From a virus, in the IMG/VR virus record IMGVR_UViG_3300045988_081376: a DNA stretch of 64,000 nt. The stretch is one strand, 5' to 3'. The number at the start of each line of letters is the position of its first letter. Position 1 is the first letter of the stretch. Below are positions 16,088-24,700 of the stretch, piece after piece. Made by a program: the position numbers and the translations under genes. Below the pieces are notes generated by a model. The model was not told the DNA's origin and ran no database searches. It worked only from the letters and a program-made list of their open reading frames with translations.

Positions 16088-16759
16088 TCATGCGTCCTCC
16101 CTTATGTCCCCTCCCCATTGCTCCGCCATAGCTTTAGCGATGCCGGGGAAGGTCTTTGCGAGGTTTTTTGCTCTATCTGTGGTAAACATGCCTTTGTGCT
16201 GTGCCCCATGCTTATGGCTGTAACTGCCACTCGGACACCATGTTGCTACCGGTTCAACGATGTTTGTCGGCTCCAACGGCTGGACACCACGCTCCCACAG
16301 CAAGGTTTTTTTGCTAAACGGGTGCCCGTATTGATAGGGCTGTATGGCTTGGGTTGGCTCTGGATACTCAAAGACTTTACTCGGCGTCGGATTCTCAATC
16401 ACAACTTTTTCGCAATCCGCTGCCCAAATAGCTAAAAACAGCGCTTTGCCGCACAAGCCCTCATAATACCGCTTGATATTGAGCTTACCGCCCCTATATA
16501 AGTGCCGCGCTCCGGCGTTGCTTGTCTTAGTGCAGGGAGGGAAAGCAATAATCATATCCCACCGTCCCACATCATGGGTCTGTCCATCCATAGTGGTCAC
16601 TTGCCCCCCCTCGATGGCCTTGAGCGCATCGCCTAAGATATGCCACTCCGGGTGTCCGCCGGACGGCTCCTGAATGTCACAGGAATATGCCTCATGTCCC
16701 AATGCCCGGAACGCTTTGCAAACTTCCTGCGATTCCTCGCAGGCAACTAAAACCTTCAT
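16088..16759 (-). CDS. Phage-type DNA cytosine-C5 methyltransferase-like protein
   Basis: 223 aa. MKVLVACEESQEVCKAFRALGHEAYSCDI, IAFPPCT (PC motif), VVIENP (ENV-like motif). Recognised by family resemblance only. Confidence 0.6.
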   Translation of the reverse strand: MKVLVACEESQEVCKAFRALGHEAYSCDIQEPSGGHPEWHILGDALKAIEGGQVTTMDGQTHDVGRWDMIIAFPPCTKTSNAGARHLYRGGKLNIKRYYEGLCGKALFLAIWAADCEKVVIENPTPSKVFEYPEPTQAIQPYQYGHPFSKKTLLWERGVQPLEPTNIVEPVATWCPSGSYSHKHGAQHKGMFTTDRAKNLAKTFPGIAKAMAEQWGGDIREDA

Positions 16760-16760
16760 C

Positions 16761-17840
16761 TCAATACCTCACTCCGATAAAATCCAGCACTCGGCCATAG
16801 CCGAGGCCCTTTTCATTTGGCTTCCACATCCCGTCAGCAGGATCGTAAGCCCCGCCGCCGATGCAGAACTCATAGTGCTTCGGATGCGTGTGCTTCATGC
16901 GCTCGAATCGGTTCTCGCCCTTTTCGAGATGTGCGCCAAATGCGCAGAACATACAGCCTGTGCGCTGGCAACCCGTGCAATGCAGCTTGCAGTCGATCAG
17001 CGTTTTGGTGTAGTCGTTCTCGCCGTCACTGGCCACAATGTCACCGTAGACACTTGCGATAGGGATTTGCCGGTCTACGATAAACCGTAATACGTCCTGC
17101 TCCGTCCAGAAACTCATGGGCTTAGATAAGGGACGCCTTCCTTCAAAGGCGTTGCAGCCGGTTTCGCGCCATTTTTGCATACGCAGAAGACTTTCCTCCG
17201 CCATTGTTGCCGTCGTGGGCTTGACATCCGCTCGGTGCTCATAGCTCTTTGACGGGGACTTTTTCATAATTCCACAGCACTTGTCTGATATGAGAAATGG
17301 AGCCGAAAGCAAATACTCCCACTTTTCACAGTTGTACATACTCTTTTCCCCATCGGCGCGTAAGACTTCCCCTCGCAATAGCTTCATACTTCGGCTATCT
17401 GGTGAACGCCGCGCGGTTTCTATCCTGTGCGCTACGTCTTTACCGATGATGCTGTACCCGTACTTCGTCACCACCTGCCGAATGTTCATCTTCGGGCGTA
17501 GACGGTGAAGGTTTACGGTCACGCGGGGAAACTCCCTCCGCAGCCAGTCGGCGTACTCATTGACGAACTTCTGTATCTCCGGGTACTCCAGCCCTGTGTT
17601 CACAAACACCAAGTGCAGCTCCCACGGCGGTGCCCTGAAACTCGACAGGTAACGCGCCGCCAAGTATGCCAGCACCGCGCTATCCTTTCCACCGGAAAAA
17701 CTGACATAGCACCTCCCGCCCCATGCGGTGTACCACTGGTCGAGCTTTTCGTAAGTCAGGATTTCTTTGTCTTCCAGATCGAGTGCTAAGAGCTGTTTCG
17801 CCGCCTCTTTCGGAATCGGCTGATTGCTATACTCTTCCAT
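16761..17840 (-). CDS. PAPS-reductase/DndC-like PP-loop ATPase with C-terminal Cys cluster
   Basis: 359 aa. CYVSFSGGKDSAVLAYL (PP-loop SGGKDS). C-terminal CKLHCTGCQRTGCMFCAFG looks like an Fe-S cluster ligand pattern. Confidence 0.8.
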   Translation of the reverse strand: MEEYSNQPIPKEAAKQLLALDLEDKEILTYEKLDQWYTAWGGRCYVSFSGGKDSAVLAYLAARYLSSFRAPPWELHLVFVNTGLEYPEIQKFVNEYADWLRREFPRVTVNLHRLRPKMNIRQVVTKYGYSIIGKDVAHRIETARRSPDSRSMKLLRGEVLRADGEKSMYNCEKWEYLLSAPFLISDKCCGIMKKSPSKSYEHRADVKPTTATMAEESLLRMQKWRETGCNAFEGRRPLSKPMSFWTEQDVLRFIVDRQIPIASVYGDIVASDGENDYTKTLIDCKLHCTGCQRTGCMFCAFGAHLEKGENRFERMKHTHPKHYEFCIGGGAYDPADGMWKPNEKGLGYGRVLDFIGVRY

Positions 17841-18081
17841 CGCGCACCTCGCATTCTCCGAACAACTCCCGGAACGTCTGCCCGGTCAGGTCTTCCAGCG
17901 CAAGCAGCCCTCTGATAGTCGCATCAATATCGCCCTTGATAAAGCGCGAAATGTTGCTCTGGTGGATGCCGGTCGCCGCGCCGAGCGTCGTCTGGTTGTA
18001 GTCAGTCTTTTCAAGCGCCGCCTTGAGCGCCGGATACACGCAGCGCTCCCACGGGGTTTTGCTCATAACAAATCGGCTCAT
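17827..18081 (-). CDS. HTH (XRE-like) small protein
   Basis: MSRFVMSKTPWERCVYPALKAALEKTDYNQTTLGAATGIHQSNISRFIKGD. ATG at 18081 overlaps the upstream stop (ATGA). Confidence 0.55.
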   Translation of the reverse strand: MSRFVMSKTPWERCVYPALKAALEKTDYNQTTLGAATGIHQSNISRFIKGDIDATIRGLLALEDLTGQTFRELFGECEVRDGRV

Positions 18082-18311
18082 GATGGTTCTCTCCCAAAAT
18101 ATTTTTCGTATTCCTCGTTGCTCCACTCCGTCCACACGGAGACGAACCGGCGCTTTTTCTTCGGGTCTTTCCGCACGGCGGAAACGGAGTGCGATACTTG
18201 GCTGATATCCACGCCACACCTTTTTGCCAGCTCGGATGGGGAATCTGCGACGCAGGTCACGATGCCCGCGTGCTTATAATCAAGCGCGAGATATAACTGC
18301 CTGCGTATCAT
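18078..18311 (-). CDS. Hypothetical small protein (possible HTH)
   Basis: 77 aa. SPSELAKRCGVDISQVSHSVSAVRK. Confidence 0.55.
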   Translation of the reverse strand: MIRRQLYLALDYKHAGIVTCVADSPSELAKRCGVDISQVSHSVSAVRKDPKKKRRFVSVWTEWSNEEYEKYFGREPS

Positions 18312-18323
18312 CTTTTTCGCTCC

Positions 18324-18518
18324 TCATTTCAGTCGTTGATAGCGGCGCGTCTTGAAATGGCGCGCGCCTAAGTAATCGTCTTTCTCCTGTGTCTGGCGTG
18401 CTTCTTCTTGCTTCGTCGTGTTGTGCTTGGCAATGTCCGCCTGATAGTACGGGCACTTGTTGTAGCAGCCGGGATACCGCGTCGGCGGTAAGCAGGATTG
18501 GCAGTGCTCAAAGCTCAT
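18324..18518 (-). CDS. Cys-rich small protein
   Basis: 64 aa. MSFEHCQSCLPPTRYPGCYNKCPYYQ. Confidence 0.5.
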   Translation of the reverse strand: MSFEHCQSCLPPTRYPGCYNKCPYYQADIAKHNTTKQEEARQTQEKDDYLGARHFKTRRYQRLK

Positions 18519-18766
18519 CTCACACCCTCCGTTTTCACAAAATGCAAAACCATGTCATACCCCTGATCGGTTTCGATGATGTCCCACGAGTGTCCTTCAC
18601 TAAGTTCATGACCGTCTCGGATCTCGATCCGCCGATCTTTGCTGTCGCCATCGGCATCGCTGTTTTTATATTTCAAGTACGGATAATGCGTCTGCGAGCA
18701 GCCGACCAGCAGCACCGTAACCGTCGCCGCAGCGATTAGGATTCGTTTCATTTCCCTCTCCTTCAT
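18515..18766 (-). CDS. Putative lipoprotein
   Basis: MKRILIAAATVTVLLVGCSQ: signal peptide with lipobox L-V-G-C. Overlaps the 3' end of the upstream methylase ORF. Confidence 0.6.
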   Translation of the reverse strand: MKEREMKRILIAAATVTVLLVGCSQTHYPYLKYKNSDADGDSKDRRIEIRDGHELSEGHSWDIIETDQGYDMVLHFVKTEGVR

Positions 18767-19352
18767 TCCGCGGCGGGCGCGGCAGCGGCTGGTAGATCGT
18801 TTGTGTGTTTCTCATCCACGGTGTCAGCCAGACGCACCACATCACATCCATCAGGGGACTGCCGCTATCGCCGTCCCCTCGTTCCTTAAAGAAGAAATCG
18901 GGGCGCCACGTCAGGGGAAGTATGTAGCTCGGCGGGATCTCTTCAAAAAGTGCCATTCTCTTCGCCGCGTGCCAATACTGTGACTTGAGCAGCATCGCAA
19001 AGGGCTTTTGAATTTCCGCTGCACGGCGAATAAAATCCTCCGCCAGCGAAAACGGCGGGTTCGTGATGATCCAATCAAAGCTTGTGAGAATTCTTTTGAA
19101 AATACCGGGGCTTAAAAAGTCGAACCCTTCGGATATATCCGTTCCGAATGAGCTGCCATATCCGCACGCCCTGATCACGTCCAGCATATCCCCCTCGCCC
19201 GCCGCAGGCTCCCAAATGGTCGTATTTTTCGGCAGGTTCAGAAATTGAAGAAGGGCGACCGTCGCCTCCGGCGGCGTCGGGTAAAAGTCGGCCTGTCTGC
19301 GCCCTCTCGCGCTGTTGCCGCCAGCTATCCTGCTCGCATTCAAGCTATCCAT
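18666..19352 (-). CDS. N6-adenine DNA methyltransferase (NPPF motif)
   Basis: From MDSLNASRIAGG. ADFYPTPPEATVALL, WEPAAGEGDM (SAM-binding), WIITNPPFSLA (motif IV). gggagg RBS before 19352. Confidence 0.75.
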   Translation of the reverse strand: MDSLNASRIAGGNSARGRRQADFYPTPPEATVALLQFLNLPKNTTIWEPAAGEGDMLDVIRACGYGSSFGTDISEGFDFLSPGIFKRILTSFDWIITNPPFSLAEDFIRRAAEIQKPFAMLLKSQYWHAAKRMALFEEIPPSYILPLTWRPDFFFKERGDGDSGSPLMDVMWCVWLTPWMRNTQTIYQPLPRPPRNEGEGNETNPNRCGDGYGAAGRLLADALSVLEI

Positions 19353-19354
19353 AT

Positions 19355-20038
19355 TCAACCTCCCGCAAACAAACTGATCTGCGCTGTGTGTTCCGCAAAG
19401 CGCTTTTCCTGCGCCTGAAAATAGTGAGGGTCGATCTCGCACCCAACAAAATCAAAGCCAAGATCATAGGCGGCTATGCGGCTGCTGCCGCTGCCCAAGT
19501 GGGTGTCCAGTATCTTGTCTCCCGGTTTGGCGTACTTCTGCAAAATCCATGTGTACAAAGCCACTGGCTTTTGCGTTGGATGAATTCGCACTTCGTTCAG
19601 CGCCTTGTTTCCCTGCTGTGTTGTGCCGTCCCTGATGCTTTTCCCTTGAAACATCCCGTTCCACATATAGCGGAATATCCGAACGCTGTCATGAACGTTT
19701 GTCGCCGCGATCTCGCAGTCCGAAAAGGAGCTACTGTCGTTGCACTTATCCCAAACGATACGCCCCGGTGGAAACACGACGTCGAAGTAATTGCAGCCCC
19801 AGACAATGTACTTTTTCGCCACGCGCGCCAGTTCGAAAAAATAGTCAATTCCCGGAACATCCCACTTCGGTGATATGGGATAGTCTCGATGTACGCCAAT
19901 GGGGCTGATCTTACAGCCATAATAGCCACGCCGCTCCGGACCGCTGAAATATGGAGGGTCTACCACAGCCAGATCGAACGCCTTGTCCGGTGTCGCCCGC
20001 ATATACTCCATGCAGTCCGTGTTATATGCTACGTTCAA
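19355..20038 (-). CDS. N4/N6 DNA methyltransferase (beta class, DPPY motif)
   Basis: 227 aa. FDLAVVDPPYF (motif IV) near the N-terminus and ILDTHLGSGSSRIAAYDLGFDFVGCEID (motif I) near the C-terminus. Confidence 0.85.
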   Translation of the reverse strand: MNVAYNTDCMEYMRATPDKAFDLAVVDPPYFSGPERRGYYGCKISPIGVHRDYPISPKWDVPGIDYFFELARVAKKYIVWGCNYFDVVFPPGRIVWDKCNDSSSFSDCEIAATNVHDSVRIFRYMWNGMFQGKSIRDGTTQQGNKALNEVRIHPTQKPVALYTWILQKYAKPGDKILDTHLGSGSSRIAAYDLGFDFVGCEIDPHYFQAQEKRFAEHTAQISLFAGG

Positions 20039-20328
20039 CCCTGCTTCCCTCCTTCAATCACAGTAAACGCTTCCCGGCGCATGACCGCTACGCGAGACCT
20101 CTTCTGTTCCAAATACTCTTTCTGCGCTTTATACTTCGCCGGTAGGCGAAATTTTTCACACGATTTTCGCCATTGGCTCCGCTTCGTATAGTCCCTATCG
20201 AACCATTTGCACTCATCACAGCAGTAACACACGTCCTCCACGTCCTTGACCTCTCCCGGCGTGAAGTATGCGCTGAATAACTCGCAGTTATAGAGACAGT
20301 TATTGCAGGCACACCCATAGCAGCTCAT
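20035..20328 (-). CDS. Cys-rich hypothetical protein
   Basis: 97 aa. MSCYGCACNNCLYNCE..CYCCDECKWFD. 4-nt overlaps with both neighbours. Confidence 0.6.
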   Translation of the reverse strand: MSCYGCACNNCLYNCELFSAYFTPGEVKDVEDVCYCCDECKWFDRDYTKRSQWRKSCEKFRLPAKYKAQKEYLEQKRSRVAVMRREAFTVIEGGKQG

Positions 20329-20702
20329 TCCGCATCTCCATCGCTATCGGCGGTGAGATTTTCAAGAACCGACTCGACACTCATGTTGTAGAGCATGGTC
20401 TTAATCAGTTCCGCCGTCTCGCCGAGTTTGTCAATATCCTTTGCTCCGTAAGTCCACCGCGCAGTGAAAGTCACCATCGGCGCGCCTGTCGGACCATAGA
20501 AGAAACAGGCATCCACGCTGTCACAGTAGAGGTAACTGTTTTTTCGTGGTGTGCTCGCCTTCCCTCCAAAACGTGTCATAGCGTGCTCTGCCATCGTTGC
20601 GGGAGGTGTGGCGACGATGTGTCCATCCATGTTTGATGATCTGGCCGCGCGATGAAGCATGGATTTCTGCTGCTCTTTTGTGAACATATCGCTCAACTCC
20701 AT
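20325..20702 (-). CDS. Hypothetical protein, first gene of the leftward accessory operon
   Basis: 125-aa ORF. Alternative start at Met6 (20687), which has GGAG 9 nt upstream. Confidence 0.6.
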   Translation of the reverse strand: MELSDMFTKEQQKSMLHRAARSSNMDGHIVATPPATMAEHAMTRFGGKASTPRKNSYLYCDSVDACFFYGPTGAPMVTFTARWTYGAKDIDKLGETAELIKTMLYNMSVESVLENLTADSDGDAE

Positions 20703-20722
20703 TCTGTTGGTTGTCTGATTTC

Positions 20723-20758
20723 ATTGTATAAGCTCCCCCCAAACGAATTTTTGCCGCC
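20723..20758 (-). promoter_or_regulatory. Box A: 20-nt conserved element, 10-nt spacer, TACAAT (candidate phage-specific promoter)
   Basis: Minus strand GGCGGCAAAAATTCGTTTGG (20758-20739), N10, TACAAT (20728-20723), about 20 nt upstream of the 20702 start. The 20-mer is identical to 26407-26426 on the plus strand. Confidence 0.6.
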
Positions 20759-21156
20759 TCTGCACCGCCTGCGTACCCGCGCTTTATCTCCCGTCAGCAT
20801 CCTTGTTTCGTCCTTACTGCCTCCCCTGCACGTCGCCGGACACTACGGTGCGAAGCGCCCGCGCAAAATTTTAAAATAGAGACATCACGCGCGAAGCGTT
20901 TTTATAAATTTTTTTCGGAAGGCCTTTTTGTTTTTTGGATTTTTCGCCACGCTTTCAAAACCACCCCCCCTATGTCTTGTTGACCTCACCAATACGTTAA
21001 GGCGGTGAACGTGTGTGGGGAAGGGAGAGTTATGGGGCTTGTGCGCCTGAGAAAGTCGCTTCGAATCGTAAACCACCCCCGCCCAGCCGGAGACGATCGC
21101 ACCCGCCCAGCAGACCCGGACGAGGCCGCGCAGGCCCGCGGAAAGACGCCAAAAGC

Positions 21157-21208
21157 CGGTAACTGTTTCACTTATTGATAATAAGCACAACAGTTACCGC
21201 CATTTTTT
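21157..21208 (+). terminator. Long nested hairpin followed by a T6 run (plus-strand terminator-like)
   Basis: Outer stem CGGTAACTGTT/AACAGTTACCG (21157-21199). Inner stem CTTATT/AATAAG. Then CCATTTTTT. Confidence 0.5.
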
Positions 21209-21365
21209 GTTGCATTTGCAACAGTCGTTCGTCAACCTGCACAACGAGTGAGCGGCACGGCTCTCGCCCGACCTTCCGAGATAGTAAACACTTGTTGACT
21301 ATCAATCACAGTTAACCTTTCTGCCGTTCCGCTCTCTTCGCTCAATGTGTTGCATTTGCAACAGT
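21208..21365. repeat. Two copies of the perfect 16-bp palindrome TGTTGCATTTGCAACA, 140 bp apart
   Basis: Copies at 21208-21223 and 21348-21363. Identity extends to 18 nt (..GT). Half-sites are TGTTGCA/TGCAACA. Confidence 0.8.
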
Positions 21366-21926
21366 TCGCAGCCCTCACCCATGAACAAGCCGGGTTTGGC
21401 GACTCTTCCACCCCTCCCCGTTTTTTTGCTCTTTTTGCCTGTATTTGAAAACAAAGAATAATATAGTGTACTGAAAACGGGCGCGGGATAAACGCGCGCG
21501 CGTACAGCCTCAGGGCTTTTCCCAGTGCTCGCATACGGCAGGGCATGAGAAAAACCCGCTGGGGCGTTCCCTGCGGGCTGTGGCGGTGGTTTATGGCGTT
21601 GTGGTTGGGTTAGATGATGTATAGCGTGCCGTTAACGTCAAGGCTTACGCCCTCTTGCTGCATGTCCTGCTTGATCTAGCGGCAAAGCTCGACGACTTCG
21701 GCGGCGTGTTCCTGCACGGCTTCCGGCGTGGCGGCGCTGTAAACGATCGTTACACCCTCGCCGACATGGCAGTTCAAACAATTATACCACTCATATTTTG
21801 TACACTTCGCGCAAATCGAGAATAAAATAATCGTCTGACAGTCGCCGACTGGTTGCCGATTGGTCGGCCGGATACATGACGGATACAACCTGTATACATG
21901 ATGGATACAAGGCAAAGCGCCGGGGA

Positions 21927-22637
21927 TTACTCCCCAGCGCTTTTATTTTTTGGCTTGTTCCAGCCCTCCCGCTCGAATATTTCCGCCCAGGTTGTCGGCG
22001 TTCCGTCTTCGTGCCACACATACGCGGGCTTTGGCTCTTCCGTTTTCTTTTTCGGGGCGGGGTATGGGGCTTCCTTTGGCTTTTCGATCTGCAAGGGCTT
22101 GTGCATGTTCCCGCTTAATCTGATAATTTTTTCCGTTTCATCTGCTCCGATCTTGACCCATTTATCAACAAAATCGTTGATGCTGACGGACTTTTTCCCG
22201 GCCGCGACCGCCGCCGCTTCGTAAATCTCACTTTTCACGCTGCAAGCGGTTCGCCCGTTTTCGGCTTCCGGCACGTTCTGAGCGCTTTTTTCTTCCTCCG
22301 AGGTTAGACATACTACCCCACCCGCTAAAATCGCTCCTGCGGCTTCCTGTGTCGATTCTGTGGCATTTTCTGCGGCGGGTGTCGGTTGCCATTTCTCCCG
22401 CTTTGTGTCGTAGCCGCGCGCCTCTGCGATTTGCGGCAATGAGTTATCGAGCGTCAGCGCCAACCCGCTGCGCTGCTCCACCGCTTCCAGAATATAGCGG
22501 TTTACGCTTTGACCGTCAGCGGCGGCAGCTTCTTTAATTCTTTCTCGGCTCCCTTTGGGGACAACAACAGAAATTCTTTCATAATTCTCTTTGTTGTACT
22601 TATTCGGGTCCCATGAACTATTTTCTTTTTTTGGCAC
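21927..22637 (-). CDS. Ribbon-helix-helix (Arc/CopG-like) regulator with long C-terminal extension
   Basis: 236 aa. YERISVVVPKGSRERIKEAAAADGQSVNRYILEAVEQR is an RHH signature. GTG start after gaaaggagg. Divergent from the operator array. Confidence 0.75.
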   Translation of the reverse strand: MPKKENSSWDPNKYNKENYERISVVVPKGSRERIKEAAAADGQSVNRYILEAVEQRSGLALTLDNSLPQIAEARGYDTKREKWQPTPAAENATESTQEAAGAILAGGVVCLTSEEEKSAQNVPEAENGRTACSVKSEIYEAAAVAAGKKSVSINDFVDKWVKIGADETEKIIRLSGNMHKPLQIEKPKEAPYPAPKKKTEEPKPAYVWHEDGTPTTWAEIFEREGWNKPKNKSAGE

Positions 22638-22661
22638 AGTGTCGCCTCCTTTCTTCCGAAT

Positions 22662-22690
22662 ATACTATATGTAAACTGCTCAGTTTGCAA
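22662..22690 (-). promoter_or_regulatory. Promoter of the RHH gene
   Basis: Minus strand: TTGCAA (22690-22685), 17-nt spacer, TAGTAT (22667-22662). Confidence 0.55.
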
Positions 22691-22712
22691 GCTTTTCCTA
22701 GAAAAAACATTT

Positions 22713-22898
22713 AATTGCACAATTATCTTGAATCGCAATTGTGCAATTTGCTAAATCGGTTGTAATTGCGCAATTTATATTGACAATTGTGCAATTACGG
22801 TTTATTATAGGCACATAAAGCAATTGAGCAATTTACCACAAGGGATAACGCTTACATTACAGGAGGAATGAAAATGACAGTAAAGGAATTGTGCAATT
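22713..22898. repeat. Operator array: six copies of the 12-bp palindromic motif AATTGNNCAATT
   Basis: Copies at 22713-22724, 22737-22748, 22764-22775, 22785-22796, 22822-22833 and 22887-22898. The last lies inside the first plus-strand ORF. Confidence 0.8.
22780..22808 (+). promoter_or_regulatory. Promoter of the plus-strand accessory operon
   Basis: TTGACA (22780-22785), 17-nt spacer, TATTAT (22803-22808). Operator copy 22785-22796 overlaps the last base of the -35 hexamer and fills the start of the spacer. Confidence 0.6.
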
Positions 22899-23092
22899 TG
22901 ATTAAGTTCTACCCCGACGACGATAGAAAGATGGGAATCTACATTTCAGCCGACGGAGCAACAAAGGACTTCGACCCGGCCGTTGCAATTGAGTTAGCCG
23001 CCTATGGCGATTTCGTCATCTCCGAAATTGGCATAAGTTCGAGAGGCGCAGAAATCGAGATCAAGCGCGAATTTGTAAAGGCCATCACCTGA
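22874..23092 (+). CDS. Small hypothetical protein, paralog of 33606-33821
   Basis: MTVKELCNLIKFYPDDDRKMGIYISADGATKDFDPAVAIELAAYGDFVISEIGISSRGAEIEIKREFVKAIT. Shares AAYGDFV and (D/E)FVKA with the paralog. aggagg RBS. Confidence 0.7.
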   Translation: MTVKELCNLIKFYPDDDRKMGIYISADGATKDFDPAVAIELAAYGDFVISEIGISSRGAEIEIKREFVKAIT

Positions 23093-23166
23093 TCGGCGCT
23101 GCTTCTGGGCGGTTGAGCATATCAGCCGCACCCCACGAAATCAAAACCAAAAAAGGAGAAATAACC

Positions 23167-23316
23167 ATGCTTCCCATCAAGAACATTCTTGACAGCCTGC
23201 GCGATGATGTTTTATCCGGCAAGATCACGCTTCACGAGGCAGCCGAGGAACTGCACGAAAGCGGATGGATGAACTTCATCGACGAGGACGCGGCCCGCCG
23301 CCTTCTCAAACTGTGA
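23167..23316 (+). CDS. Small hypothetical protein
   Basis: MLPIKNILDSLRDDVLSGKITLHEAAEELHESGWMNFIDEDAARRLLKL. aaggag RBS. Confidence 0.6.
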   Translation: MLPIKNILDSLRDDVLSGKITLHEAAEELHESGWMNFIDEDAARRLLKL

Positions 23317-23353
23317 CCAGAAATTTAAAACCATAAAACGGAGGATCTCAACC

Positions 23354-24637
23354 ATGAAAACCACTTCCATTAAATTCTTTTACAACGGTATCAAGCTCAA
23401 CGGCGAGAACAAGCTTTTAAAGTGCTTCTACAGCATCGATAACAGCACCGCCGAGTCCGGCCCCTGCGTCACCATCTACGCCCGCGATTATTCCGATCTT
23501 CCGCGCGACGTGTTCCCCGTCGAGAATGACACAGATATTTATACCGACTATTTCGACAGCGACCGCGCCACCCTCACGCCCGCGCACCCGCTTTATAAGT
23601 ATGCCCGCGCCGCCGCCATCAAGGCCGATCTGCGCGACTCTGTGCCCTACCTCGAGAAGCTGGAGCGCACGCTGAACAGCGGCAAGCTTGCCCCCTGGCA
23701 GAACGCCGATACCCTGAAAATTGACGTGGAAAGCCGCCGCGCGAAGGTCGAGCAGTACCGCGCCGAGCTGGAACAGCTCCCGAAGACTCACCCTACCGCC
23801 GCCGACCTCGCCGAGATCGACGCCATGAAGACCGCCGCCGAGAACGCCCGCCGCGCCCGTGAACAGGCTGAACAGCTCGAAGCGCGTGAAAAGATGCTGC
23901 GCCAGCGCGCCGAGGGTCGCGCCTATATCGAAGGGATCGCCCAGCAGCACCCGATCACCGAGGGCGCGCCCTATGTGGAAATTCCCTTTTCTGAAAATCC
24001 CGCCTTTTATGCCTTCAACGACCAGACCGACAAAACCGGCGAACCCCTGCGCCTTTCCGTCGCCGCTGCGGAAATCGTCCTGAAGCATTTTGATGAACAG
24101 GCCGCCGCCGAGAATCGCGGCTATGACAAGACCGATTTTGTCATTCATTACATCGACGACAACGGCGAGCCGTCCACCTATTCCGGCCGCTACGATCTCG
24201 GCGACAACGACGGCATGATCGCCCATATCCGCAGTTTTGGCGAGTTCCTGCGCGACAAGGGGAATCTTGGAAATGGCAATCCCAGCGACGAAGATAAAGA
24301 AGCCGGAGCCGCTATTGTCGAGTTTTCCGACATGCTCGAAGGATACACCGCCGGCGGGCACGTCGTCTCCGTTGATTTCGCCCCGTGGCTGGATGACTAC
24401 GCCCGCCGCAAGGCAGAACAGCAAGCCGCCGAAGAACAGGCCGCCCGCGCGAGCTTCGAAGAGACGCTCGCAATGCTCGAAATGCTCACAGACGAGCAGC
24501 TGGAAGCCGCCATTTTCAGTATTGACCCGAACGACACCGAGAACGCCGACATCGCCCGCTTTTTCTTCCAGCAGCTCGCCAAGCGCGACAAGTCCCACGC
24601 CGTCGAGGTGCTGCGCCGCTGGAACTCTCAAAACTGA
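23354..24637 (+). CDS. Large hypothetical protein (acidic, central coiled coil)
   Basis: 427-aa ORF with RBS acggagg. Natural composition, unlike the 511-aa antisense ORF. No family recognised with confidence. Confidence 0.7.
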   Translation: MKTTSIKFFYNGIKLNGENKLLKCFYSIDNSTAESGPCVTIYARDYSDLPRDVFPVENDTDIYTDYFDSDRATLTPAHPLYKYARAAAIKADLRDSVPYLEKLERTLNSGKLAPWQNADTLKIDVESRRAKVEQYRAELEQLPKTHPTAADLAEIDAMKTAAENARRAREQAEQLEAREKMLRQRAEGRAYIEGIAQQHPITEGAPYVEIPFSENPAFYAFNDQTDKTGEPLRLSVAAAEIVLKHFDEQAAAENRGYDKTDFVIHYIDDNGEPSTYSGRYDLGDNDGMIAHIRSFGEFLRDKGNLGNGNPSDEDKEAGAAIVEFSDMLEGYTAGGHVVSVDFAPWLDDYARRKAEQQAAEEQAARASFEETLAMLEMLTDEQLEAAIFSIDPNDTENADIARFFFQQLAKRDKSHAVEVLRRWNSQN

Positions 24638-24700
24638 ACAGCGGCACACGATCAACTGAACAGCCCAGCCCCGGAGGTCACGAGGGCAGAAAGGACACCT

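Noticed and set aside
21039-21188. A 49-aa plus-strand ORF (MGLVRLRKSLRIVNHPRPAGDDRTRPADPDEAAQARGKTPKAGNCFTY) with a good SD (gggaagggagag), ending in the nested hairpin.
   Set aside because: The composition is low-complexity and rich in Pro, Arg and Asp. There is no support beyond the SD-like purine run. It is kept only as a possibility within the ORF-poor-region finding.
21616-21915. A minus-strand frame reads naturally through an in-frame TAG (..AAEVVELCR*IKQDMQQEGV..). With phage tRNAs nearby, this raised the idea of TAG stop-codon reassignment.
   Set aside because: All long late genes (1342-aa tape measure, portal, TerL, capsid) are intact under the standard code. None of the tRNA-like genes folds with a CUA anticodon. 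A single interrupted frame in an ORF-poor region is better explained as a decayed pseudogene.
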